Source: Myxococcota bacterium
Lineage (GTDB): Bacteria; Myxococcota_A; SURF-8; G963663525
Direction: 5' to 3'
Length of the DNA: 64,000 bases
Assembly: GCA_963676915.2 (NCBI GenBank)
Contig: CAXXVK010000068.1
Span: 1-64,000, forward strand
Positions 30,062 to 39,914 of this stretch are shown here, piece by piece. The translations under genes were made by a program, and so were the position numbers. Within the stretch, counting starts at the first letter, position 1. Each line of letters opens with the position of its first letter. The notes beneath the pieces are model-generated. The model searched no databases. It had not been told where the DNA came from and was given only the letters and a program-made list of their open reading frames with translations.

Positions 30062-31435
30062 CTAAATGTAACGCTCCAGTATTTCGCGGGTGTCGATGCA
30101 GGCTTTCCAGCGATTTAGCGTTCCGTACATCCCGGCTACGGTACGGTTGACGAACAGGATGTCTCGTGGAGGCTGGAAGTTCATGGTTTCCTTGTAGTAT
30201 TTTCTCACCAGCTTTTGGATTCCCTCGTGTAGCGGGGTGGCTCCTATCGTATAGGGTTGGGGAGCCAATACGGGGTCTAAGATCAGCCTTGAGTATCCCT
30301 CGACCATTTCTTCGGGAAGTTCGTTTTTCCCTAGATAAACCAACCCCAGAGTTTCCACTGCTTCGATAATGGCTTTCGTGTCGAGTGTTAGAGAAACGCG
30401 CAGAGCGTTACGGGCGTTTTCCACAAACTCTTCGGGAAACGTTTTGACACAGCCGAAATCGTACATCACGATGGTGTCGTCACCACGAAAAGCGAAGTTG
30501 CCCAGATTCGGATCGGCGTGAAGCATTCTTTTGTTGAAGAATTGGTCGAACAACAACTCCACCCACATCGTTGCCAGACGATTGCGGCGTTCCTGGCTGA
30601 TTTCCGGTTGCAGGAGGATAGGGCCGTCGTCACCTTCTTCACGCGTCATAACCAGTAACCCGGAAGTGCAGAATTCCTCGATCGGTTCGGGGATTACCAC
30701 GTCGGGTCTGTCGGCGTAAGCCTTTGAATAAAGCTGGAGATTTCGCATTTCGTGCAGATAATCCAACTCTTCGGCCAGACGCTCGCGGACTTCTTCGAAC
30801 AAGGGCACGAAATCGGTGTTGGAAACGGCGCGTCCCAGGGTGGCGGCGATCGAACGGAGGTTGTTCATATCGCTATCGACGGCTTCGGCGACACCGGGAT
30901 ATCGGATTTTGATGACGACTTTTCGGCCATCCGCCAACATGGCTTTGTGTACCTGACCGATGGATGCGGAAGCGATAGGACGCCGATCGATAGTTTTGAG
31001 GATGCGGCGGTAATCGGTGCCCCATTCCTCTCGCAGGCGGGATTGAATCAGCTTGAACTTTACCGGGGGAGCCTGTTTTTGCAAATCTGCAAGAATATCG
31101 GCTAGTTCCGGGGGGAGCAAGTCGGCTTGAAGCGAAAGCATCTGTCCGACTTTCATAACCGCGCCTTTCATCTCTCCCAACGTTTCCACAACACGACGGA
31201 TGTTGGCGAGATTGCTGCGCTTCATGTCTTCATCGCGCTTTTCCTTGTTGGAAAACACGCCTTTGACTTTCGTTCCGAGATAGCTGGCGCTTACTTTTCC
31301 TGAAAGACCACCCAGCTTGGCCATACGTCCGGCGCGTCCCGTAACGAAATGTTTTTCTTCGGATTCTTCAGAGTGTTCCAACGTTTGTTCGGAAGTTTTT
31401 TTCTGTTTTGATTTGGAATCAGTATCTTTACTCAC
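30062..31435 (-). CDS. ABC1/AarF/UbiB-family atypical kinase
   Basis: GTG start; motifs KGAVMKVGQ, PIASASIGQVH, VIKIRYPG, EELDY, HADPNLGNF and DFGCVK. Confidence 0.92.
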   Translation of the reverse strand: MSKDTDSKSKQKKTSEQTLEHSEESEEKHFVTGRAGRMAKLGGLSGKVSASYLGTKVKGVFSNKEKRDEDMKRSNLANIRRVVETLGEMKGAVMKVGQMLSLQADLLPPELADILADLQKQAPPVKFKLIQSRLREEWGTDYRRILKTIDRRPIASASIGQVHKAMLADGRKVVIKIRYPGVAEAVDSDMNNLRSIAATLGRAVSNTDFVPLFEEVRERLAEELDYLHEMRNLQLYSKAYADRPDVVIPEPIEEFCTSGLLVMTREEGDDGPILLQPEISQERRNRLATMWVELLFDQFFNKRMLHADPNLGNFAFRGDDTIVMYDFGCVKTFPEEFVENARNALRVSLTLDTKAIIEAVETLGLVYLGKNELPEEMVEGYSRLILDPVLAPQPYTIGATPLHEGIQKLVRKYYKETMNFQPPRDILFVNRTVAGMYGTLNRWKACIDTREILERYI

Positions 31436-31688
31436 GTTGATCCACCTGTTTTAAAGATATGTTTTTTTACTATTGCCATTTCAGAGACAAACGCAAGGGA
31501 AGTCCAAGGATTGCTACGAATTTTTATCCACGATCTTGACCGGAAGACAAGAACGACTATAAAGACATCCGAAGTTGAGAGACGCATGGACTCTTCTCGA
31601 TAAACCATTGGGTGGCTTATCGGTTTGTAACACAGAATGAATGGGCAAGAGAGAATAAACGAAAATCCTAAATAACTCTTCAATAATA

Positions 31689-31717
31689 TTGACAATTTTC
31701 CAAAAGTTCGGTACAAT
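31689..31717 (+). promoter_or_regulatory. Sigma70-type promoter for the 31794 gene
   Basis: TTGACA (31689-31694), 17-nt spacer, TACAAT (31712-31717), 76 nt upstream of the ATG. Confidence 0.7.
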
Positions 31718-31793
31718 TCAAAAATATATTGAAAGTATTTATTCGCGGCGTCTTTCTTCCGCATTTCACATAATCTAAAAAGGCTGGTCAGGC

Positions 31794-33275
31794 ATGGATA
31801 ACAGGCACATTTTCCGGGTGACGATCGAGGATATCTCGGCTTGTGACATCAACGACGCCGCAGATAGCATCACGACACTGGAAAAAGAGGCCGATGAAGG
31901 TTCGTTTCGGGAAAATCATTTAGTATTCGACTGTTCCGAGATTGAAGAGGAAAAAGGAGCCAACTGGTTTACGGACCCACAAGTACGAGAGTTTTTCGAA
32001 GCACTTGACCGGGAATTTCCACATATTCCCGTTTTTTTCGGTTCTTCGAACCAGTATAAAACCTACACGATGATTTTCGTGCCGTTTCACCTGGAAGGCC
32101 GCAAACCTCGCTTCGAACGACAAGAGTTGGAACGTTTTGCTCTGAAAAAGATCGAAGCTATCCAATATTTCTGCAAACAGCACGGTTTGAACTGCAAAGA
32201 CGCGATTCGTGATTTTTGCAGTGAATTGGGATTGGACCTGCTCGTGGCCACCGAATCCAAAGGAACGGAGCAGGATTATCCATTCGATGCAGAGCGGGTT
32301 ACTTCGGAATTTCTGCTGGAATTTTTCAAAACGAATTACTACTGCCACATGATCGACTCGTCGGACGAGCCCGTGCTTTTTTCACTGGTCGATGATCCGG
32401 CTGCGGCTTATTATGCGGATACCGATATTGAAATCGAGTTGTTTAAAGGGGATACCGCACCGGTGATCCTGCTGAATTTGAACGTTTACGATATCCCGGA
32501 CAATCCGTTGAAAATGGCGTTTTTATACAATGTGGCCACTGATCGCCATATTGGAGAACTCAACGCTTACGCCGAGAAGAATTACATTACTCTCAATGTG
32601 CTGTTCAAAGATGAAAAAGAAGACCTCTGGTACGGATTTACTCGCATGATCGACCTGCCGGGGGCTTTGCGGGAACGCATTGGAGAAATTGTCAGCGAAG
32701 CATCGGAATACCTGTTGGAAATTCCGGAAGATAGCTTTGATTTCAATGCGGCGGTTCACCGGTATCTGATGGAAGAAGACGGCGAAGAATTCGACGACGA
32801 AGAGCCAGAAGATGAAAGCGACGTTCAAGAAGAGTTTTCTATAGTAGAAGAAGAAATCCCCGAAACTGCACCGGAAGATAGTGATGAAAAACCGGATCGG
32901 CCGGAACGTCCCGAGCGTCCTGAAAAACGGGAATCACAGGAATTCGAAGTCCGACGTAGCCCGAAGCCGACGAAACCCCGCCGGGACCGCTCTCAGCGGC
33001 TTAACCGGGTGTTGCTCAAACCGACACGTCGTCCTAGTCGCGATGTGACTGATCGGATGGCTGTCACCATGGGAGACAAACGTGTGGTGTCGCGGAACGA
33101 AGATCGCGTCGAGCGCCTCAGTCGTCGAGTGATTATTCTCGAAAATAAGCTGATGCAGAAAGAGCGGGAAAGCCTGCGTTTTCAAGAAGATTTACGCCTC
33201 GCCAAAGAACAGATCCGTTTTCTGGAGCAGGAAAATCTGGAGTTGGAAAAGCGCTGGTGGAAGTTCTGGAAATAA
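31794..33275 (+). CDS. Hypothetical protein: CRR6-like N-terminal domain, acidic linker, C-terminal coiled coil ending KRWWKFWK
   Basis: 493-aa ORF. WFTDPQVREFFEALDREFPHIPVFF resembles the CRR6/DUF1817 core as I recall it (PEVRxWFxxLDxxYPxxP). Heptad-rich C-terminus with an aromatic/basic tail. Confidence 0.7.
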   Translation: MDNRHIFRVTIEDISACDINDAADSITTLEKEADEGSFRENHLVFDCSEIEEEKGANWFTDPQVREFFEALDREFPHIPVFFGSSNQYKTYTMIFVPFHLEGRKPRFERQELERFALKKIEAIQYFCKQHGLNCKDAIRDFCSELGLDLLVATESKGTEQDYPFDAERVTSEFLLEFFKTNYYCHMIDSSDEPVLFSLVDDPAAAYYADTDIEIELFKGDTAPVILLNLNVYDIPDNPLKMAFLYNVATDRHIGELNAYAEKNYITLNVLFKDEKEDLWYGFTRMIDLPGALRERIGEIVSEASEYLLEIPEDSFDFNAAVHRYLMEEDGEEFDDEEPEDESDVQEEFSIVEEEIPETAPEDSDEKPDRPERPERPEKRESQEFEVRRSPKPTKPRRDRSQRLNRVLLKPTRRPSRDVTDRMAVTMGDKRVVSRNEDRVERLSRRVIILENKLMQKERESLRFQEDLRLAKEQIRFLEQENLELEKRWWKFWK

Positions 33276-33338
33276 GACTCAAAACGACTTCATTTTGTCG
33301 TTTTGACGCGAAAAATCTTTTTTAGAAAAAGTTCTCTC

Positions 33339-34138
33339 ATGAAACTCAAAGAATATACTGCGGCAAATCGTAAAGCCTGGAACGAGGTTATGCCGGTCCA
33401 TCGGAAGCACCGCAAGATCGATTACGACGAGTTTTTTTCCGAGTCGGGCGCTTCGGTGCTTGATGATCTCGTAACGGCCAAAATCCGAACCATTGGGATC
33501 GAAGGACGAAACGTTGCGCATTATTGTTGCAACAATGGCGTGGAGTTGCTTTCTCTCGTCAATCTAGGCGGACATAAAGGAACCGGTTTCGATATCAGCG
33601 ATGCAGCCATACAGGAGGCGCGGTCTTTTGCTGATAATGCCGGGATTGCCGCCGAATTCATCCGTACGGATCTTTATGATTTGGAACCCGGCCAATATCG
33701 CGGTTTCGACTTTGTATTTTTCACGATCGGTGGATTGTGCTGGCTGCCGGATCTTTCGAAAATCTTTGAAATCGTTGCGGAATCTATGGAAGAGGGTGGG
33801 GATCTGCTGATTTACGACATGCATCCCTTTCTCAATATGCTGGCGTTTCCCGATGAGGAGCTTTTCAAAGATCCGTATCGAGTGGAATATTCCTATTTCA
33901 AGCAAGATCCGTGGGTTTCGAGTGATGGAATCGATTACATCGGCGGCACGCGCTACGACGGTGAAACCCATTACGATTGGAGTCACAGCCTGTCCGATCT
34001 ATTGAACGCGGCTATCGGAGCGGGTTGAACTTGCGTTCATTCGATGAATTCTCCCACGATATCTCCAACCTGTTTTCACATCTGAAGCCGGAAGACAGAA
34101 TGATTCCAACGAGTTACATGGCGAATTTTCGGAAATAA
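33339..34138 (+). pseudogene. Class I SAM-dependent methyltransferase with a single-base frameshift near 34025
   Basis: Starts MKLKEYTAANRKAWNE; motifs VAHYCCNNG, GFDIS, FDFVFFTIGGLCWLPDL, GGDLLIYDMHP. It stops at GGT TGA (34026-34028), but the -1 frame continues LNLRSFDEFSHDISNLF...IPTSYMANFRK* to 34138, which reads like the expected C-terminus. Confidence 0.7.
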
Positions 34139-34144
34139 TACGGT

Positions 34145-35638
34145 TTACGGACGCACCGTGAAAATGTTGTATCCCCAAGCCTGTAATTCCAGATAAAGCC
34201 CACCGTTACGAATTTCCTCGCAGTCCCGGCGATAGTGTTCGAGGGACATCGTGTCCGTAAGTTGGACCGTTTCGCTTCGTCCCAGATCCCCAATTGCGAA
34301 AGCCTGCGATGGTGTGTCTGCTAGGTTGACCGCTACCAGCAGCCCGCCTCTGTGGTCGTTTTTCCAGAAATGCACGAACATTCGTCGGCAACTCTGATTG
34401 CCGGTCCACACCGGCTTGACTTCGAAGCGAATCCATTGTCCTTGTTGAAACGCCGGATTTTCCAGAGCGCGGAGGAGATCCGTGTAGAATTTTTCCACAT
34501 CTCGTTGAGGTTTCTCATCGGCCCAGCGATTGAGTTGAACGGGATACTGGATTCGTCTTCCTTCTAGTTGTCCGTGATGAAACAACGTTAGACCGGGAAT
34601 TGTGGATGTCAGGACCATCATGGCATTCTGACGTTCTCTTGGTTCTGCCATGGCGAGACGTGGTTCGTCGTGGTTTTCCAAAAAATGCACGCACCGTTCC
34701 AAGTAGTCCATGCTTCCGTTCAAGTGGGCGTCTATACCCTCGATATCGTTGGTAAATTGGCGATCGTACAACCGTTTGTCGTAAGCGTAGTTGAACCCCA
34801 TCTGCAACAGATCGTATTCGCGTTCCCAATAGGCTTCGGCAATGAAGAGAAACAGCGGATGGTTCAATTTCACGGCTTGCAAAGCTTCCGGCCAGAATTG
34901 ATAGCTGTCGGGGACCAGTCCAAGGCCGCTATTTTGTTCTCCCCAGGTTTTGTGAAAGACATCGGCCAGCAGCAGCATTGCCATATCGCAGCGCAATCCG
35001 TCACACATCTCTGCAATTTCACACAACTGCTTTTTCATGGCGGCGATGGCGCCCGGATGGCGGTAATTGATCTGAACCGTGTCGGTCCACGGGAGAAAAT
35101 GGGGATCTTTGCCATGCATCAATCGATGCGTTTTCGTGTCGGTTTCTACGGTGAAAAACGCACCCGGATCGCTGCTTTCGGTAGCTGGAATAAAGTACTC
35201 CGGGTGAGTTCGGGTCCATGGATGATCGACGGAAAGATGGTTGGGTACGAAATCGAGTATCAGGCCGATTCCTCTGCGGGCGAGGCGCTCTCGAAACTCG
35301 GCCAGAGCCGCAGGACCACCTAGAGACGGTTCGACCGTGTATTCCGCAATGGCATAAGGAGAGCCTCCGATGTCATCCTGCGTGAAATCGGGTAAAATTT
35401 CACGGCATGTATCGAGCATCTCGGGGCAGTTCTCCGCGATTTCCCTTGCCAGAGGGCCGGTTTTCCAGACACCCATCAGCCAGATGAGATCGAAACCCAG
35501 AGAGGCGAGCCGGTCGATTTCTTTCCCCGGAACCTGATCGAGCGTAATGGTTTTCCCGTAGGTTCGGCTCAGTTCGTTCATCCAGACGCGGGTGTTGATT
35601 TCGTAAAGAACCGGATGAACGGTTTCGAGATGTCGCAT
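34145..35638 (-). CDS. Alpha-amylase family (GH13) glycoside hydrolase
   Basis: ATG 35638 with GGGAG RBS; motifs YEINTRVW, GSPYAI, LDFVPNH, DGLRCDMAM, IAEAYW and FLENHDEPR. Confidence 0.92.
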   Translation of the reverse strand: MRHLETVHPVLYEINTRVWMNELSRTYGKTITLDQVPGKEIDRLASLGFDLIWLMGVWKTGPLAREIAENCPEMLDTCREILPDFTQDDIGGSPYAIAEYTVEPSLGGPAALAEFRERLARRGIGLILDFVPNHLSVDHPWTRTHPEYFIPATESSDPGAFFTVETDTKTHRLMHGKDPHFLPWTDTVQINYRHPGAIAAMKKQLCEIAEMCDGLRCDMAMLLLADVFHKTWGEQNSGLGLVPDSYQFWPEALQAVKLNHPLFLFIAEAYWEREYDLLQMGFNYAYDKRLYDRQFTNDIEGIDAHLNGSMDYLERCVHFLENHDEPRLAMAEPRERQNAMMVLTSTIPGLTLFHHGQLEGRRIQYPVQLNRWADEKPQRDVEKFYTDLLRALENPAFQQGQWIRFEVKPVWTGNQSCRRMFVHFWKNDHRGGLLVAVNLADTPSQAFAIGDLGRSETVQLTDTMSLEHYRRDCEEIRNGGLYLELQAWGYNIFTVRP

Positions 35639-35803
35639 AATTGGCTCCCAAAAGACTCGAAAATGCGAAAACAAACGTCACGGTACGAATCGAACTCGGT
35701 TAACTCGCTGTATACAACACATTTCCTTATCAGATTTCTCAAGCCATTGCCAATTTCCCATTTTGCAAATGACTTGGGATCTTATTCATGGCAATGACAA
35801 TTG

Positions 35804-35841
35804 AAAAAAGCCGCGTTAGAAAGGAAATTTCCTTTAACGCA
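35804..35841 (-). terminator. Probable intrinsic terminator after the 35869 lipoprotein gene
   Basis: Imperfect GCGTTA..AAAGGAAA/TTTCCTTTAACGC stem flanked by A6, which is U6 on the minus strand. Confidence 0.5.
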
Positions 35842-35868
35842 GTCAAGACTGACGTTGGATGTGGGGAT

Positions 35869-36732
35869 CTAATGTATTGTTAGATAGTAATCGATTTCCA
35901 GCGTGTTTCCGTCGATGGTGGTCGAGGCCGTCCCGTTGGTAGCCGTGCAACAAGGCAGATCTATGTTGATCGTACCACTGCCCACGGTGTCGTCTCCCCC
36001 TGTGAAAAGTCCATCGTCGTTTTCCCAGAATTTGAAACTGTATTGAAGCGGGAATGTTCCCGTGCATCTACAACTCCCATCAACCCAATTGCTGTGATAA
36101 ATATATCTTAGAGAACTGCCTGCCGAATCACTGAAACTATTTGAAATGGATGCCTCTACATACCCACCAGGAAAATAATCTTTTAGGATAGATTTTCCCG
36201 TGAATTCCATTTCATCAGGGCGGGAACCCCAAGGATCGTAGTCTTTGGTTTGTTTCCAGTAGATGTAACTATTTACATCAAATTGCACTCCGTTTTCCGG
36301 TGGATCGGAAATGTACTCAGGATCTTGGGTGATTGTAACTTCCTTTGCCTGGCTTTCTTTTCCTTCCGTATTGACCGCTTTGATGGAAAAAAGGTTTTCG
36401 CCTTCCATGAGATCAGCTTCGTAGTCCCATCGATAAAGGTCTTCGGAAATTTCCTCACCCAAATCTACGGTTTCTTCGTTAATGAGAACATGAGACGCCT
36501 GATAGGCCACTCCTGCAATCGTGAAGGTATCTTCCGCCGTCGTGGGTTGGTTATCCATGTCGATGTTGTCAATGTCCAAAATGGGAATGTTTTCAATTTC
36601 ACGTGGACCTGAATCGAAGGCAGCCGGATCGTTGGAGTGGTCCTCGTCATCCCCTCCACATCCGACAAATGAAAGCGACACAAAGCAAAGTAGGAATGTG
36701 TAAACAATAGTGTTTTTACGGCTGGTTTTCAT
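35869..36732 (-). CDS. Hypothetical lipoprotein with an Ig-like domain and a C2-like C-terminal domain
   Basis: Lipobox LSFVG-C; Ig-like segment (FTIAG...VLIN...W..EADLMEGENLFSIKAVN..G..S...VTIT); Asp-rich C-terminal motifs DYDPWG..PD and FWENDD...GDDTVGSGTINI. Confidence 0.75.
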   Translation of the reverse strand: MKTSRKNTIVYTFLLCFVSLSFVGCGGDDEDHSNDPAAFDSGPREIENIPILDIDNIDMDNQPTTAEDTFTIAGVAYQASHVLINEETVDLGEEISEDLYRWDYEADLMEGENLFSIKAVNTEGKESQAKEVTITQDPEYISDPPENGVQFDVNSYIYWKQTKDYDPWGSRPDEMEFTGKSILKDYFPGGYVEASISNSFSDSAGSSLRYIYHSNWVDGSCRCTGTFPLQYSFKFWENDDGLFTGGDDTVGSGTINIDLPCCTATNGTASTTIDGNTLEIDYYLTIH

Positions 36733-36762
36733 GAATTCTCCCCACGGATCGTAACCGTGATT

Positions 36763-36797
36763 AAAAAATCCTGTAAAAGCTTACTTTTACAGGATTT
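36763..36797 (-). terminator. Intrinsic terminator after the tkt-lipoprotein unit
   Basis: Perfect 14-bp stem AAATCCTGTAAAAG-CTTA-CTTTTACAGGATTT with an A-run on the left, giving a U-tail on the minus strand. Confidence 0.7.
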
Positions 36798-36845
36798 CCA
36801 AATGTTGTCAATACCTTACCGGTACTGGTCTTTTTATGTGGAAGC

Positions 36846-37481
36846 TCATTCCGTGGCTACGATCTTCCATTTTTTGTCGATTTTGCGGAATACGAAAAAA
36901 TAACTGTCGGGAAAATAGACCTTGGCTTTGGTGCCGGAGCGATCTACCTTGGCGATTCCCATCCAGTCTCCTTTTTTCACGAACGGCTTGATGTCTTCCG
37001 CTCCGGGGAAGAAGTTCCATACCGGAATTTTCTTTTGGAACTGTTCGTAGGTCAGAATGAAAAATCGGTTGGGACGTTCGAAATCGAAAATCTGTGCCGG
37101 TTCGACTTTTTCCAGCGGCTGAGATGCGAAGGTTTTCTTTACCTGTGCGAGGTATTCTTCTTTATTTACGTGGGGTTCCTTGAATTCCAGCGTTCTCCCG
37201 ACCAAATCCAGTTCATCGTCGAAATTCTTGGAGAATTTCTCCATATCTTCATCGAAATACTGCCCGATCACCTTTTGAAAATGCTTTTTCATTTTCTTGC
37301 GTTGACGCATTTTCCGATCGGCCTTGGTCAGCTTTCTTTTGGTTTTCTTTTTCTTGCCGATGCCGGTGAGAAGGTCGCGTTCGTGTTGTTCTTGTTCCAA
37401 GGCTTTTTGATTGCTCGAACATCCAAAAATCAGCATGGATGCGATGATCGAGATGGCCGCTACAAGTAAAAATCGCTTCAT
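36846..37481 (-). CDS. Hypothetical lipoprotein with a Lys/Arg-rich segment and an NTF2-like C-terminus
   Basis: ATG 37481 with GAGGAG RBS; lipobox MLIFG-C; ends FFVFRKIDKKWKIVATE. Confidence 0.75.
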   Translation of the reverse strand: MKRFLLVAAISIIASMLIFGCSSNQKALEQEQHERDLLTGIGKKKKTKRKLTKADRKMRQRKKMKKHFQKVIGQYFDEDMEKFSKNFDDELDLVGRTLEFKEPHVNKEEYLAQVKKTFASQPLEKVEPAQIFDFERPNRFFILTYEQFQKKIPVWNFFPGAEDIKPFVKKGDWMGIAKVDRSGTKAKVYFPDSYFFVFRKIDKKWKIVATE

Positions 37482-37528
37482 TCCAAGGCTCCTCGTATTG
37501 TAGATCGCTTTTCTATAATTTTGATATT

Positions 37529-39556
37529 TCAGGCTTTTCTCTCTTCTCGCTTGGTAAGCCAGGCAGAAACTTTCTCGGCGACGGCTTCTGCCGTGAAACC
37601 GAACTTTTCGGCCAGAACGTTTCCAGGGGCGGAGCGTCCGAAGCCGTCCATGCCGATGACCAGCCCGTGAGATCCGGCAATACGCCACCATCCGCCGGGA
37701 GAACCGGCTTCGACCACGGCTTTGGGCATTTTATGCGGAAGGACGCTGCGGCGGTATTCGGTGTCCTGTGCCATGAAAACTTCTCGGCAAGGCATGGAAA
37801 CCACTCGGAACTTTCGGCCTTCTTTTTCCAGTTTTTTCGCGGCTTCGATGGCGATATGCACTTCCGAGCCCGTCGCCACGATGACGGCTTCCGGTCCGCC
37901 TTCCGGTTCCCACGCCGTGTAAGCGCCTTTGGAAATCAGGCTTTCATTTACGGAGGAAGGAAGTTCCAGCGCCGGGACTTTCTGCCGGGAGAACACTAAG
38001 GCACAGGGTCCGTCTTGCCGACGCAAGGCATGGGCATAGGCGGCGGCGACTTCCTCGCCGCATGCCGGACGCCACAGTTCGAGGTTGGGAATCAGGCGCA
38101 TGGCCTCAAGGTGCTCGATCGGCTGGTGGGTGGGACCGTCTTCACCGACGTAGAACGAATCGTGGGTGTAGATGAACAGGCTGTTGAGTTTCATCAGAGC
38201 CGCGAGACGCACGGGAGGACGCATGAAGTCCGAAAACACGAAAAATGTGCCGCAATAACCGCGAAACGCTCCGTACAAATTGATACCGTTGGTGATGGCT
38301 CCCATTGCCAACTCACGAATGCCGAAACGCAGGTTGCGTCCAAGATAGCTTCCCGGACCGACATCCTCTGCCCCGGCGATTTCGGTTTTGTTCGAGGGTC
38401 CAAGATCAGCCGAACCACCAATGAGGCGCGGATGAAGTTTCGCCACAGCGTTAAGTGCTGCACCCGAAAGCTTTCGGGTCGGAGCTTCGGTTCCCGGCAT
38501 GGCGGCGAGAATCTTTTCATACAGATCTTCCGGCCAGGGTTCCGGTTCGACATGTTGTTTCCAGATCTCATACAGGTCAGGGTTGCGCTCTTTCCAGCTA
38601 TCGAATTGCGATTGCCAGATTTCATGTTCTCGCTGTCGTGGTTTAACGGCCTGACGGAAGAACTCCCGAACCTCGTCGGGAACGTGGAATTCGGGGTTGT
38701 CTTTCCAGCCGAGCACTTCTTTCGTCAGCGCGGCTTCTTCTTCTCCCAACGGAGCGCCGTGACAGTCAGGAGTATCCTGTTTGTTGGGGCTTCCCCAGCC
38801 GATATGCGTGCGTACCACGACGAGCTTGGGACGTTCCTCGTCTTCCATCACCTCTTGAATGGCCGCTTCCATCGAATCGTAGTCTCGACCGCTGCACTCG
38901 GCGACCTTCCATCCCAAAGCTTCGAAACGTTTGGGAATATCGTCGGAGAAGGTGAGGTTGGTGCTTCCTTCAATGGTGATGTCGTTGCTGTCGTAGAAGT
39001 AAAGGAGATTGTCGAGCTTGTGGTGTCCGGCAAACGAAGCGGCCTCTTCGGCGGCGCCTTCCATCAGATCCCCATCGCTGACGATACCGACGATTTTATG
39101 TCCTACGGGGTTCCATTCGTCATCCCGCTGAAGCCGTGCCTGGAGCATTTTCTCTGCCAACGCCATGCCGACACCATGGGCGAAACCCTGGCCAAGCGGA
39201 CCGGTGGTCGTTTCGACTCCTGCCGTTTCACCGTATTCCGGGTGACCCGGTGTGCGGCTGCCCCATTGACGGAAGTTCTTGATATCTTTGATGGAAACAT
39301 CGTATCCGCAAAGGTGCAGGAGGGAGTACAACAGCATGGAACCATGTCCTGCGGAGAGCACGAAGCGGTCCCGGTCACGCCAGGACGGGTCCGTCGGGTC
39401 GAAACGAAGATGGCGCGTGAAAAGATAGACGGCGGCCTTGGCCATACCCATCGGCATTCCCGGATGGCCCGAACGGGCTTTCTCGATAGCATCGATGGCG
39501 AGAAAACGAACCGTGTCGGCACTGAGATTGAGAAGTTGTTTGTTCAATGGCTTCAT
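37529..39556 (-). CDS. tkt: Transketolase
   Basis: ATG 39556 with GGAGG RBS; motifs [38 protein letters not shown] and [18 protein letters not shown]. Confidence 0.97.
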   Translation of the reverse strand: MKPLNKQLLNLSADTVRFLAIDAIEKARSGHPGMPMGMAKAAVYLFTRHLRFDPTDPSWRDRDRFVLSAGHGSMLLYSLLHLCGYDVSIKDIKNFRQWGSRTPGHPEYGETAGVETTTGPLGQGFAHGVGMALAEKMLQARLQRDDEWNPVGHKIVGIVSDGDLMEGAAEEAASFAGHHKLDNLLYFYDSNDITIEGSTNLTFSDDIPKRFEALGWKVAECSGRDYDSMEAAIQEVMEDEERPKLVVVRTHIGWGSPNKQDTPDCHGAPLGEEEAALTKEVLGWKDNPEFHVPDEVREFFRQAVKPRQREHEIWQSQFDSWKERNPDLYEIWKQHVEPEPWPEDLYEKILAAMPGTEAPTRKLSGAALNAVAKLHPRLIGGSADLGPSNKTEIAGAEDVGPGSYLGRNLRFGIRELAMGAITNGINLYGAFRGYCGTFFVFSDFMRPPVRLAALMKLNSLFIYTHDSFYVGEDGPTHQPIEHLEAMRLIPNLELWRPACGEEVAAAYAHALRRQDGPCALVFSRQKVPALELPSSVNESLISKGAYTAWEPEGGPEAVIVATGSEVHIAIEAAKKLEKEGRKFRVVSMPCREVFMAQDTEYRRSVLPHKMPKAVVEAGSPGGWWRIAGSHGLVIGMDGFGRSAPGNVLAEKFGFTAEAVAEKVSAWLTKREERKA

Positions 39557-39914
39557 ACCGGGCCTCCATGGGCAAGACATAAATCTTAAGCAAAAAACGG
39601 AATGCGCTACTATTCCACAGGCTGTTTCTCATGGCAAGAAAGTTGAAGCGACTTTCTTAGTCTGTTGTACGATTTGGAGCTCTTGAAAAAGGATCCAGTT
39701 GCATTGTATATTGAAAAGTAAATTATTTTGTGCGATCTTTGGGATTCACTTTAAAAATCCGCACAAAAATAGGTACAATCCCTGGTTCCTTCATTGCAGC
39801 GTAGTCCAGGTTTTGATTGTATTTTTTCTGAAAATAATGGTACATTAAATTTGAGCATATGCTTGGATTTTCTTGGGATTCCCGGAAGCATATACCGACT
39901 GTAAAGGGGGACAA

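Noticed and set aside
31432-31764. 110-aa minus-strand ORF upstream of the UbiB kinase
   Set aside because: AT-rich divergent promoter region containing a consensus sigma70 promoter; no protein-like features.
34026-34028. TGA as selenocysteine or readthrough in the methyltransferase
   Set aside because: The in-frame continuation is short and implausible, while the -1 frame gives the expected C-terminus.
39632-39647. Possible sigma54 promoter TGGCAAGAAAGTTGAA
   Set aside because: The -12 element is TTGA rather than TTGC, and it is far from the kinase start; too weak to call.
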